Assembly (NCBI GenBank): GCA_049304095.1
Contig: JBAQNU010000024.1
Span: 11,893 to 75,892, forward strand
DNA length: 64,000 nt
Reading direction: 5' to 3'
DNA from: Candidatus Moraniibacteriota bacterium
GTDB taxonomy: Bacteria > Patescibacteriota > Minisyncoccia > Moranbacterales > UBA2206
Each line of letters opens with the position of its first letter. Position 1 is the stretch's first letter. The notes under the pieces were generated by a model. That model did no database searches. It was not told the DNA's origin and was given only the letters and a program-made list of their open reading frames with translations. Of this stretch, positions 17,928-27,467 are shown one piece after another. The position numbers and the translations under genes are program-made.

Positions 17928-18192
17928 CCCACGAATCACCTCCTTTCTAGGGAGAATTTGGTAATAATCGAGAGCACGGCACGCGAAGACTTCTGGTGTC
18001 ATCATCAAGAGTTGTGAAGTGTGATTATTGCCCGCTGGTCGACTCCAATTTATTGGAGAACAGCAATGCCTAGCAGAGCTAACAGAATCTGTAGTAAGTT
18101 TTGTACAACTTACGGATAAACTCTAGGACTAATCGCAATAGGTTGTGATACATATACTTTTTGCAAGCAAGAACACCTTAAATGGTGTTTTT
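17928..18192 (+). ncRNA. Conserved ~250-nt non-coding element (copy A2) that begins with an anti-SD-like CACCTCCTTTCT and ends in a terminator; paralog at 53271..53505
   Basis: Blocks shared with the 53271 copy: AATCACCTCCTTTCTAGGGAGA, CCCGCTGGTCG, AATCTGTAG, GGACTAATCGCAA. Ends in an AACACC/GGTGTT+T6 terminator. Confidence 0.35.
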
Positions 18193-18260
18193 TGCGTTAT
18201 TTGATTAGAAACGCTTGATTAGAGGGAGATTTTATTACCTCTACTCCGCTTCGCTTTTTA

Positions 18261-18283
18261 GGGCTACTTCTAGCCCTTTTTTG
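18261..18283 (+). terminator. Rho-independent terminator
   Basis: GGGCTA-CTTC-TAGCCC followed by TTTTTT. Confidence 0.55.
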
Positions 18284-18372
18284 CTATGCGCTCCGTTCCC
18301 CGCTGGAGTGGATAAGTCGGCCTTGACTCTGTGTGCCACGAAGCTAATGTGTCATTGCCTTAATAAAAATAT

Positions 18373-18573
18373 ATGACCAAAGCTAAATTCATAGCCTTCG
18401 AAAAAGTCAGACGCAGTGGGCTGACTAATATGTATGACATCACTCAGGTTAGGCTCATCGCCATCAAATACGGACAGATGCTTACCAACAAAGATTGCTT
18501 TGACTGTATGCTCAACTATGACAAATATCGCCGAAAATATTTAGAAGATAAATCAATATGGAAAAAACAATAA
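18373..18573 (+). CDS. Small hypothetical protein overlapping the integrase start
   Basis: ORF only. Confidence 0.2.
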   Translation: MTKAKFIAFEKVRRSGLTNMYDITQVRLIAIKYGQMLTNKDCFDCMLNYDKYRRKYLEDKSIWKKQ

Positions 18574-19442
18574 AAAATACCACTGAAGAATTTCTGGGAT
18601 GGTTGCAGGTCGAGAGACGATTCGCGCAGAGTTCTATAATCAGCTATCGCTCCCGGCTGAAATGCATCGTCAGGGACATTGGGGATATTGAAATAAAAGA
18701 TATTACCACAGAACATATTTTTAAGCTCAAATCCATTCTTTACGAAAGAGAAAATTCTGAAGTTTTCACTGGAGTGGTAATGGCATCAATCAAGGGGCTA
18801 TTGCTCTACTCCAGAGACCTGCTAAAAATCCCTCTTCAGATTGATCCCGGCACAATAACTATTCCCAAGCGCAAAAAGAAGGAAGTCGTTTATCTGACAG
18901 TTGAGGAAATCAATAGATTTCGAAGCAGTATCGACATTAGTAAAAATTGCGGACTCAGATTCAGGACATTGATCGAAGTGCTTTTGGGAACCGCCTGTCG
19001 CATTTCAGAATGCCTTAGTCTCAACCGCGATTCAATTTCGCTGATCGAAAAAGAAGCGAGAATAATTGGCAAAGGCGGAAAACAGCGCGTCCTATATTTC
19101 AATGACGAGTCGCTTTACTGGATAGACAAATATCTAAAAACTAGGACGGACAAATATCCGTCTCTTTTTATAACCACAGGCGAACAGCCAAAACGATTAA
19201 CCAATCAGGACTTGAGTCGCTATTTCAAAAGACAAAGGCTTCTGGCTGGTATTTCCAAAAAGGTCACCCCACACATTTGCCGACACACGGCCGCAACAAC
19301 AATGGCGATGAATAACTGCTCAGCTATCTTTATCAAGGAAATCCTCGGCCATAGTCGGCTTCAAACTTCGATTGATTACTATATTTCACTGGCTGACAAG
19401 CAAAAGGTGAAACAAGCGCACCAGACATTTCTGGTGTATTAA
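18558..19442 (+). CDS. Tyrosine recombinase/integrase
   Basis: HICRHTAATT...ILGHSRLQTSIDYY. Confidence 0.8.
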   Translation: MEKTIKNTTEEFLGWLQVERRFAQSSIISYRSRLKCIVRDIGDIEIKDITTEHIFKLKSILYERENSEVFTGVVMASIKGLLLYSRDLLKIPLQIDPGTITIPKRKKKEVVYLTVEEINRFRSSIDISKNCGLRFRTLIEVLLGTACRISECLSLNRDSISLIEKEARIIGKGGKQRVLYFNDESLYWIDKYLKTRTDKYPSLFITTGEQPKRLTNQDLSRYFKRQRLLAGISKKVTPHICRHTAATTMAMNNCSAIFIKEILGHSRLQTSIDYYISLADKQKVKQAHQTFLVY

Positions 19443-19465
19443 GCCTGTGATTCTAGGGAGATTTT

Positions 19466-20434
19466 GTGGTAGAATTGGATTATATGAAAGTAAATATACT
19501 CCAAAAATACTACGATAGCTTCATAGCCCAAAAAGATAACCAATCCTTTTTAATTGGGTTGGCCGATTATATCAGATTCATTTTAGCTGATGAAAAATCT
19601 AAGGAAATTATTTCAGAAATACAAAAATCCAAGGAGGCACTTTTGGCCGAAAAAGATAGTCTGGAGAAAACAGTTGACAGTGAAACAAGGATTGCCAAAA
19701 AAGAATACCTTGACATGACGGGATCATCAGAGACGGTTGATGATATTTCTCTCGCGGATAAAGTGCTCTATTCTCAGTCTCATCCGAAGTTGGCCGAGCT
19801 GGATAAAAAAATAAAAGAGGAAACGGAAACTTCAATTTGGGGAGCTTGGGATAAAATAAGTTCGGTTTATTCCGGATATTCAAATTCAACATTGAGCGAC
19901 AATCTGGATATAGCGCGCTACGTGCCTTACGCGAATAGAATTCATAATTATCTCTTGGGAAAACTGGATGATAAAGCAGAATCAACTGGCAGTTATTCGG
20001 TTATGGATTTTAAGAAAAGCAATAATGATTCAATTTTGGAAAAGGATGGACTGAAAGACATCAGTTCCATCATAATCGTCACAAGAAACCCGGGACTTAG
20101 GGACGAGTCATTGTGGTTGGTTTTTAATAACGACTTTCGCAATAAAGTTAAATTTTTAGCCAAGAAAAAACAAGCAGGCGATAATTATATCAAGAAGCTA
20201 CATGAGATTGTCGATAAAAGTAAATATGGCGCGAAGGTTCTACATGATCATCAGATAGCAACCACAATAAACTCAAAGATATTTAAAAGAGTGGGAGTCG
20301 CGGGGGTGTATAGGCAAAAGACAATTGTGGAAAAAGATGGAGATAATTTTGGGATAAATCAGGAAATTGATATTAATATTGTGCCAAAAGGAATGCTTAA
20401 GGAAGAGCAGGCTAAGTTTTTTCCAAAGGGATGA
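19466..20434 (+). CDS. Hypothetical protein
   Basis: Long ORF between two integrase genes; no recognisable motif. Confidence 0.45.
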   Translation: MVELDYMKVNILQKYYDSFIAQKDNQSFLIGLADYIRFILADEKSKEIISEIQKSKEALLAEKDSLEKTVDSETRIAKKEYLDMTGSSETVDDISLADKVLYSQSHPKLAELDKKIKEETETSIWGAWDKISSVYSGYSNSTLSDNLDIARYVPYANRIHNYLLGKLDDKAESTGSYSVMDFKKSNNDSILEKDGLKDISSIIIVTRNPGLRDESLWLVFNNDFRNKVKFLAKKKQAGDNYIKKLHEIVDKSKYGAKVLHDHQIATTINSKIFKRVGVAGVYRQKTIVEKDGDNFGINQEIDINIVPKGMLKEEQAKFFPKG

Positions 20435-20581
20435 TTTCCGAGTAGTTTCTGTCTGAAAATAATATTTACGAGAAAAGAATCGCTTATCAGAGCGGTTTTT
20501 TTGCGTTTGATTTACGAGCAAAGGTTATTTATTTGGTGCATGAAGTTGAGATAATAAGAGCATAAGATATAAAACCAATAA

Positions 20582-21547
20582 ATGATTTCCATATTTTCCG
20601 ACAACTTAAACCTTTCTGACAGTTTTGACCGCTTCTTTGAGGATATTGAGGCGAATTGTTCGCTGTCCAAAAGTTCAATCGAAAAATACAAGGAAATCCG
20701 TCCCCGGATAATTAAATTCTTTGGCAATATAAGCATAAAGAAGATTGATGCTCGGATGATTACTAAATATAAGCAGTATTTGAATCAATCAAGTCAGAAG
20801 AAAGACAACCTCAGTCCCAGTTATAAAAATCAGCACCTGACATTACTCCGTTTGCTTCTGAAATTTGTGAAGGAAAAAGAAGGCGCAAAGGTGATGGATT
20901 ATGCTCAGATTTCCAAGTTCCGAGTTCCAATTAAGGAGGTTGAGACATTGAATGAGTCGGAGTTGTCCACGGTGCTTGACTACCCAAATGAGAAAACAAT
21001 TACTGGGTGTCGACTGAAGGCATATTTTGAAGTTTCATTTTCAACCGGCTGTCGCGTGAAAGAAGTTTTGGGCTTGAAGATATCGGATATTAATTTCAAA
21101 GACAGGATTGCTCACATTCGGACGAAAAATAACAAACCTCACACCATTTTGTTTTCCGATTCCTCAATTGAAGCGATTAACAAATATTTGGCTATGAGGA
21201 AAGATAATCATCCAAATTTATTCGTGACTGCAACTCCCAATCCCAAACCATGGCAAACCAACGATGTTGAAAGGAGTCTTCGAATGATCGGACGAAAACT
21301 GAAGCTTAGTAAGAATCTCAGACCACATATTTTACGCAAATCAGCCGCGACGCACATGTATAAAAACAACGTTTCGCTCGGAGTCGTGCAAAATTTTTTA
21401 AACCATTCCTCCGCCAGAACCACGCTGACTTACTATTTAGGCAATTCGAATTTTGAAGAGCTAAGAAGGAATCACGACAGAGTTATGAATAATCTGGATT
21501 TTAGAGATAAGACAGATTCATCTGGAGAGGGGGTGAGAACTACATGA
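20582..21547 (+). CDS. Tyrosine recombinase/integrase
   Basis: HILRKSAATHMY...FLNHSSARTTLTYY. Confidence 0.8.
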   Translation: MISIFSDNLNLSDSFDRFFEDIEANCSLSKSSIEKYKEIRPRIIKFFGNISIKKIDARMITKYKQYLNQSSQKKDNLSPSYKNQHLTLLRLLLKFVKEKEGAKVMDYAQISKFRVPIKEVETLNESELSTVLDYPNEKTITGCRLKAYFEVSFSTGCRVKEVLGLKISDINFKDRIAHIRTKNNKPHTILFSDSSIEAINKYLAMRKDNHPNLFVTATPNPKPWQTNDVERSLRMIGRKLKLSKNLRPHILRKSAATHMYKNNVSLGVVQNFLNHSSARTTLTYYLGNSNFEELRRNHDRVMNNLDFRDKTDSSGEGVRTT

Positions 21548-21963
21548 AGTTGCAGAAAAAGGAAACTATGGGGATGCCTTTCGCCAAGAAAGGAACAGAT
21601 GTCAAAGAAGGAGACATAATCACCATAGGTAGTGAAGGGAAGATTGTGGAAACTCAATTCGGCTCACAGAACATTTTTGAAATCAAAACTGCTAATGGCG
21701 TGGAATTGGTTTTGGGTATCAACCAGACCAGCATCAATGCCTTGGTGGATGCTTTCGGAGAAGAAACTGCGAACTGGGTAGGCAAGAAGGTAAAAGTTCA
21801 TTCATTTAAGCAAAATGTGGCTGGTAAATTTATACAGGTTTACTATGTCGCACCAGAAGGCTATGAAATGGGTGAAAACGGATTTGAGAAATCCGGATCA
21901 GTAGGAGTGGTTAACGCTCATATGAGTGAAGAATGCGCGGTTGTGGAAGACAACGCTTTCTAA
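21544..21963 (+). CDS. Hypothetical protein
   Basis: Overlaps the integrase stop by 4 nt, suggesting operon coupling. Confidence 0.4.
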   Translation: MKLQKKETMGMPFAKKGTDVKEGDIITIGSEGKIVETQFGSQNIFEIKTANGVELVLGINQTSINALVDAFGEETANWVGKKVKVHSFKQNVAGKFIQVYYVAPEGYEMGENGFEKSGSVGVVNAHMSEECAVVEDNAF

Positions 21964-22240
21964 GGTTAGTTTGTGTGCTGGGCAGAATTTTTCTGCTTAG
22001 CCATAAGTTAATTTTAACAGATAAAAAATTTTAAGAAAGGGATTGACAAGGCTATGAGAACTGATAAAATACAATTAGAAAATAAAATATTTGGACTTAC
22101 TTCGTCTGGAGTTTCGCTGTATTCAGATGGTCGAAGTAGGAAGTCTTTCTCAATATTAGGTCTGAGAAAAAGTCCGCAAACAATTATCACTTTTAGTGGT
22201 AGGCGTTTGCGGGCTTTTTGTTTATTAAATTTTAACTAAC

Positions 22241-24862
22241 TTGTTCGGTGGCTCCTGCTGGCCTTGGATGCGAACTATTCCGTCCATCCGAGGTCAACTG
22301 GAGTCACGACGGAATTATATGAACTACGGTAATATCTCGCCGCGAGAGTATCTGCGAGAAAAAAACATTGAATTCAGGGAAGTAAACGGTGAACTGGTAA
22401 TGAAGTGCATTTTTGGAGATTGCGATAGCGACAGTACGGAAAACGAAGCGCATCTTTGGATGAATGCCGAGACTGGGCAATACCAATGCAAGAAATGCCA
22501 GGCAGAGGGAAACCTCCTAACGCTTGCTAAACATCTTGGCGATAGGATAGTTGATGTTGTTAAGCAGCCGAAAATTCAAAAACTTAAAAAGGTGTTTGAT
22601 CCAAGCCTAGTGGATTTTTGCCATGACAGACTGCCGGATGAGATTAGAAAATATTTGAATAACCGCGGTTTGAATAACGAACTGATTAACGAATATAAAC
22701 TGGGTTGGTGGGTTTCTCGAAATGGAAACAGAATAAGTATTCCGGTTAAAAACGAATCAGGCGAATACATATATTTGAAACTGAGGAAAGACCCGAGTGA
22801 TTCGAGTAAGGGAAATAAGTATATTTTCTATCCCAATGCCAGTTCCAGCTTATTTGGCATAGAACTACTGCGAAAAGAAAAAGGTAGGGTATTTATTTGC
22901 GAAGGTGAGTTGGATTGCATCCTGCTTCAGTCGAAAGGATTGATAGCAGTAACTTCCACGGCCGGTGCGGGAACTTTCAAAAAGGAATGGATAAAGGAAT
23001 TTGAGCATCTTAAGGAAGCATATATAGTTTTTGACAACGATGACGAGGGGAGAGCCGGATCGGAAATGGTGGCTAAAAAACTATCGGCCATTGACGGACT
23101 GGAGGTTAAAATAATTCGTCTTCCTGAAGCAGTGGGTGAAAAAGGAGATATTACCGATTATTTTGTAAAGCTGAACGGCACGAAAAAAGAGTTAACCAGA
23201 TTGGCTGAACCGTTTGAAATGGAAACCGAAGAAGCTGAGGATGACGACACGGATGAAAGAAAAAACCAAAGCGACCTTATTGTTGAATTAGTGAAGGAAA
23301 ACAAGAGGATTGTTCTTTTCCATGATGACGCTAGAAGTCCGTATATCAGTCTGCCGGTTTCCGGACATAACGAGATATTAAATCTGAAGGATCAGAATTT
23401 CAAATATTGGCTGGGAAAGAAGTTTTGGGATAAATACAAAAAGGCTCCCAATTCCGATTCCATTAACAATGCCCTTAATATTATTAAAGGTGAGGCAATA
23501 TTTAACGGATCGGAATATAAGCTGGAATGTCGGGTGGCGATTAGAGACGATGCTATTTGGTATGATCTTTCCAATAAAAAATGGCAGGCAGTAAAGATTA
23601 CCAAAGACGGATGGGAAATTGTGGATAATTCTCCGATAATGTTTCGCCGATATTCCCACCAGAAAGCGCATCCCTTGCCAGTAAGGGGAGTGGCCATTGA
23701 ATTATTATTGCCATTCATAAACATTAGGGATAATGGACAACAGCTTTTGCTTCTGGTTTATATAATCAGCTGTTTCATTCCCGGCTTTCCACATCCGGTT
23801 ATCAATATTTATGGTGCCCAAGGTTCAGCTAAGAGCACCCTATTCAAATTGATTAAAAAGTTAGTCGATCCATCGCTTATCGAGGTATCTAGTTTTCCCC
23901 AAGGCGAAGACAGTTTTGTTTTAAAGCTGTCTCATCATTGGTGTATTCTCTTCGATAATGTTTCCTTTTTGTCCGATCAGACTTCAGATTTGCTTTGCAA
24001 GGCAGTGACAGGCGCGGCCTTTTCCAAAAGAGAACTTTACAGCGATGACAACGATGTCATACATACTTTCCGGAGGTGCTTGGGAATAAATGGAATAAAT
24101 TTGGTTACATCCAAGCCGGATTTATTGGAAAGGAGTTTGTTGTTTGAACTGGACAGAATTCCGCCAGAAGACCGAAAATTGGAGCAGGATATTATTGATA
24201 ATTTTGAGCAAATGTTGCCGGAACTATTAGGAAGCATTTTTGACATAGTCTCTGAAACAATGAAAGTTAAACCAGGGATGAGTGCTCAAAATTTGACCAG
24301 GATGGCTGATTTTGCCCATTGGGGTTCGGCTATTGCCAGAGCTTTAGGGCACAAGGAGACAGAATTTCTGGAAGCTTACCGCAATAATATAGCCAACCAG
24401 AATAACGAAGTGCTTTTGGAGAATTTCGAAGCTATAACCATCCTCACTTTTATGGAATACAGGGATGAATGGGAAGGAACCGCGTCGGAACTACTGGAAG
24501 AATTGAAAATTATAGCTGGAAAGCTGCAAATTGACATCAAAGAAAAAGGATTTCCTAAAAGTGCCAATAATCTTAGTAAAAGAATCAACCGTCTGAAAAC
24601 TAACTTGGAAGAAGCTGGGATAAAAGTTTACCGCAAGGAAGAAAACAGGCAAAGGATAATACGCTTCCAACGAGTTGGCAAATCAGTCGTTTCTATCGAT
24701 GCATCGTTGCAAGATGGCGTTTTAAATAACGATAGCAACGGTAAAAACGATGAAAACGCAAGCTTGTCGGAGCAAAAAAGCTTGCTTGAAAAGGAAGGAG
24801 GTGTAGTTGAAGCGGAAAAATACAGCGATGAATATGACATTGCTGAGGAAATAGATTTTTAG
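22241..24862 (+). CDS. Bifunctional DNA primase (zinc finger plus Toprim) fused to a P4/D5-type NTPase
   Basis: CKKCQAEGN zinc motif. Toprim FICEGELDC...VFDNDDEGRAG. P-loop GAQGSAKST. The true start may be the Met at 22319 (MNYGNISPREYL). Confidence 0.7.
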   Translation: MFGGSCWPWMRTIPSIRGQLESRRNYMNYGNISPREYLREKNIEFREVNGELVMKCIFGDCDSDSTENEAHLWMNAETGQYQCKKCQAEGNLLTLAKHLGDRIVDVVKQPKIQKLKKVFDPSLVDFCHDRLPDEIRKYLNNRGLNNELINEYKLGWWVSRNGNRISIPVKNESGEYIYLKLRKDPSDSSKGNKYIFYPNASSSLFGIELLRKEKGRVFICEGELDCILLQSKGLIAVTSTAGAGTFKKEWIKEFEHLKEAYIVFDNDDEGRAGSEMVAKKLSAIDGLEVKIIRLPEAVGEKGDITDYFVKLNGTKKELTRLAEPFEMETEEAEDDDTDERKNQSDLIVELVKENKRIVLFHDDARSPYISLPVSGHNEILNLKDQNFKYWLGKKFWDKYKKAPNSDSINNALNIIKGEAIFNGSEYKLECRVAIRDDAIWYDLSNKKWQAVKITKDGWEIVDNSPIMFRRYSHQKAHPLPVRGVAIELLLPFINIRDNGQQLLLLVYIISCFIPGFPHPVINIYGAQGSAKSTLFKLIKKLVDPSLIEVSSFPQGEDSFVLKLSHHWCILFDNVSFLSDQTSDLLCKAVTGAAFSKRELYSDDNDVIHTFRRCLGINGINLVTSKPDLLERSLLFELDRIPPEDRKLEQDIIDNFEQMLPELLGSIFDIVSETMKVKPGMSAQNLTRMADFAHWGSAIARALGHKETEFLEAYRNNIANQNNEVLLENFEAITILTFMEYRDEWEGTASELLEELKIIAGKLQIDIKEKGFPKSANNLSKRINRLKTNLEEAGIKVYRKEENRQRIIRFQRVGKSVVSIDASLQDGVLNNDSNGKNDENASLSEQKSLLEKEGGVVEAEKYSDEYDIAEEIDF

Positions 24863-24950
24863 GTAGGAGTTAAACAATGTCTTGCAATGTCCAGCAGCTG
24901 GACAAAAAAGGCTTTAATAAGGGGAAAAGTAATCAATAATCATCAAAAAT

Positions 24951-25181
24951 ATGACCAACACTAAAAAGAAAATTGAAGAGCTGAATCAGGTTCTTTCCGA
25001 TCACTCCGATATGAGGGGAAGTCGGCAAGTGTTCTATCTGTTTCCGCAATTCTATCAGGAAAAGTTATATAAGCTGGAAGTCCTGCTTTCTGAAAAATAT
25101 GGCATCGCGGGAAAGTCCAAAATTATAGCTCTGGCAGTAAGCTATCTAATCAAGGAAATAGAAAAAGATGAAAAAGTATAA
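24951..25181 (+). CDS. Small hypothetical protein
   Basis: ORF overlapping the methyltransferase start. Confidence 0.3.
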   Translation: MTNTKKKIEELNQVLSDHSDMRGSRQVFYLFPQFYQEKLYKLEVLLSEKYGIAGKSKIIALAVSYLIKEIEKDEKV

Positions 25182-26232
25182 GTTTCAGTCGGCAAACTTT
25201 CCCTATCTGGGAAGCAAAATTAGGCAAAGTTCCACCTTGGCGAGTTTTGTAAAGCCAGAAAAGCACAAAGTGCTAATCAGTCCGTTTGCCGGCGGTTGTT
25301 CTTTTGAGCTATTCGCTAAACATAGGCTGGGATTGAAAATAATCTCTAATGATTGGTCTCTGGTTTCATATGTTGCCCAGAAAGCATTATTGGAAAATAA
25401 CACCGCGAAAATATCGCTGAATGATATTTATTATCTCTTCAGAGAAAATACAAACGATGGTTTCGTCAGAAAAAATTACAACAAGTTTTTTACTGATGAA
25501 ATTTGTGAATTTCTAGACAGAGCTACGGAGAATATTCGACAGCTTCCGGACAGCTACCGAAAATATCTACTTTCCCACTTAATAATCTATTATATTCTCC
25601 ATACCCTGCCTTACGGCAAATTCGGATGCACCGCGGATATCAGGAATGTTAAGGCTGTGGGGATGGAATTGGCGGTGGCAGAAGCGGTGAAGACATCAGA
25701 TTCGAGAGCCAATAAACTGCTGAAAAGTGTCCAACATCCGCTGATCATTCTCAAGAAATTGGTGAGGGGAATAAATGCCGGGGTGAAAAATAATAACAAG
25801 GTCAATGTGGCATACAACGAAGATGTGCTTGAATTCCTGCCCAAGACAAGGGAATTTGAAAATGAGGCTGTAATGATGGCGGACGCGCCATATTTCGAAT
25901 CGACGAGTTATTCAATGTATGATGCTTTTTCAGAAATTCTGCTGGGCAAGAAAATCCCTAAAAGCAATAGTGCGTTCAACAGCAAAGAGGTAGAAGAGTG
26001 GTTTGATAAATTCTTTGAAGCCTGCCAGCACATTGATCTATGGCTCTTGACCTATGGAGCCAAGGTGGACGAGCCGGGCGCGCTTCATTCGGATAAGTTT
26101 CTGGAGATGGTCAAAAAACACCGACCAAATGCGAAACTGCTGATGCTGGAAAATTTCAGCTGGAGCATTAACAATTTATCAGGCAAGAGTCCCAGGGAAT
26201 GCGAAGAATTTATCGTAATCGCAAAAAAGTAA
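25168..26232 (+). CDS. D12-class (Dam-like) N6-adenine DNA methyltransferase
   Basis: YLGSK (KWAGGK-like motif), SPFAGGCSFELFA (FxGxG motif I) and MADAPYF (DPPY-like motif IV). Confidence 0.65.
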   Translation: MKKYKFQSANFPYLGSKIRQSSTLASFVKPEKHKVLISPFAGGCSFELFAKHRLGLKIISNDWSLVSYVAQKALLENNTAKISLNDIYYLFRENTNDGFVRKNYNKFFTDEICEFLDRATENIRQLPDSYRKYLLSHLIIYYILHTLPYGKFGCTADIRNVKAVGMELAVAEAVKTSDSRANKLLKSVQHPLIILKKLVRGINAGVKNNNKVNVAYNEDVLEFLPKTREFENEAVMMADAPYFESTSYSMYDAFSEILLGKKIPKSNSAFNSKEVEEWFDKFFEACQHIDLWLLTYGAKVDEPGALHSDKFLEMVKKHRPNAKLLMLENFSWSINNLSGKSPRECEEFIVIAKK

Positions 26233-26252
26233 TCAATTAACCAAATGCCAAA

Positions 26253-26891
26253 ATGACAAACCAAAAAATCTATTCAGAAGTAAAACTAGTTCCCATTGGG
26301 GAAATTAAGCCCAGCCCTTTTGAAAATGCCAATGAGTTTTCCGAAGAACTTTACGAGGCACTGAAAACAGATATTGACGAATATGGATTAGTCGGACAAG
26401 CCTTGGTGGTAAATTCCAAGGACAATACGCTGATTGACGGACACCACCGGCTCAAGGTGATGCAGGAGCTTGGATACACGGAAGTGCCAGTGGTATTTTA
26501 CGAACCCAAGGATGGGATTGAACACAAAATTCTTTCCATCGCTTGGAACAGGAAACGCGGCACATTCAACGAACAGATACTACACAACACTATCAAAAGC
26601 ATCCACGATTCAGGAGTATATGGTCTGGAAGAATTGGCTGTGAGATTGGGCTTCAACTATTCAGAAATTCAAGAAAAATTGGAAGCGATAAAAATTGACG
26701 AGAATTTGATTAAAAAACTGGAAAGTGATGCCAAAGAACAAGAGGAAGCATTGCCAGTCTTAATGACATTTTCACTGAGTAAAAAGGACGCTGAACTGGT
26801 GGAAGAAGCATTGGAATGGGCTAAACAAAAGACCAGAGGAGAAGCGTTAGCGAAGGCGTGTGCGATGTATCTTGGCTTCGCCAAGGAATAG
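26253..26891 (+). CDS. ParB-like nuclease domain protein
   Basis: KLVPIGEIKPSP...LIDGHHRLKVMQELG ParB/Srx signature. Confidence 0.7.
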   Translation: MTNQKIYSEVKLVPIGEIKPSPFENANEFSEELYEALKTDIDEYGLVGQALVVNSKDNTLIDGHHRLKVMQELGYTEVPVVFYEPKDGIEHKILSIAWNRKRGTFNEQILHNTIKSIHDSGVYGLEELAVRLGFNYSEIQEKLEAIKIDENLIKKLESDAKEQEEALPVLMTFSLSKKDAELVEEALEWAKQKTRGEALAKACAMYLGFAKE

Positions 26892-26927
26892 GCAGGAGAA
26901 ATATAAAGGGAAAAACAGTAAAAATTT

Positions 26928-27467
26928 ATGGCTGAAAGTAAAAAACCAGTATTGATGGGACCGAAAACAGAAGAGGGGATAAAAAAGGTTACCCAGAATC
27001 TCAAAAGAGAATCGGTCTTAAAGTCGGGCGGATTCGCCTTTTTGAAGTCCGGTTTAGCCCCAAACTGCCAAAGCTGTATCTTTAGCCACGAGTGCGAGCA
27101 TTACGCGCCTGAAGCCAAATTTTGCCGAGCAGTGCTGGAATTTGAGAGCCAATTGGAGGACCAAATTATGGCTTTGCCCCAGATTCAGGAAATAGACCGC
27201 ATTTTGGTCAAAAGGCTCGTGAGAAACTATGGCTTCCTATATATCACGGATAAGTGGTTAGCCAAAGCCTCTCCGTTCCTATTGGAAAACAAGCAGTTTG
27301 ATTTTCAGCCAATCCTGAAAACCAGGACAGTTTATGAGCGCCTCATAATCCACTTCTGCAGTGCTTTAGGATTAACTCCGGAAGCTAGAAGCAGAATCGG
27401 ACTGAATGTGGCACAGACATATAGTTTGGCTAAAGAATTAAGCGAACTGGAATATGACGAAGATTAA
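26928..27467 (+). CDS. Phage terminase small-subunit-like protein (paralog of 56..655)
   Basis: Conserved motifs and position relative to terL; overlaps the terL start. Confidence 0.45.
   Translation: MAESKKPVLMGPKTEEGIKKVTQNLKRESVLKSGGFAFLKSGLAPNCQSCIFSHECEHYAPEAKFCRAVLEFESQLEDQIMALPQIQEIDRILVKRLVRNYGFLYITDKWLAKASPFLLENKQFDFQPILKTRTVYERLIIHFCSALGLTPEARSRIGLNVAQTYSLAKELSELEYDED

Noticed and set aside
17928-17960. CACCTCCTTTCTA as the real 3' end of a 16S rRNA gene
   Set aside because: The upstream sequence lacks the conserved helix-45 GTAACAAGGTA.. and everything else expected of 16S, and the same 12-mer recurs inside a repeated non-coding element. I interpret it as mimicry or coincidence, not an rRNA gene.
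22054-22239. 61-aa ORF upstream of the primase gene
   Set aside because: It has no ribosome-binding site and an odd composition, and lies in what is probably the primase leader.
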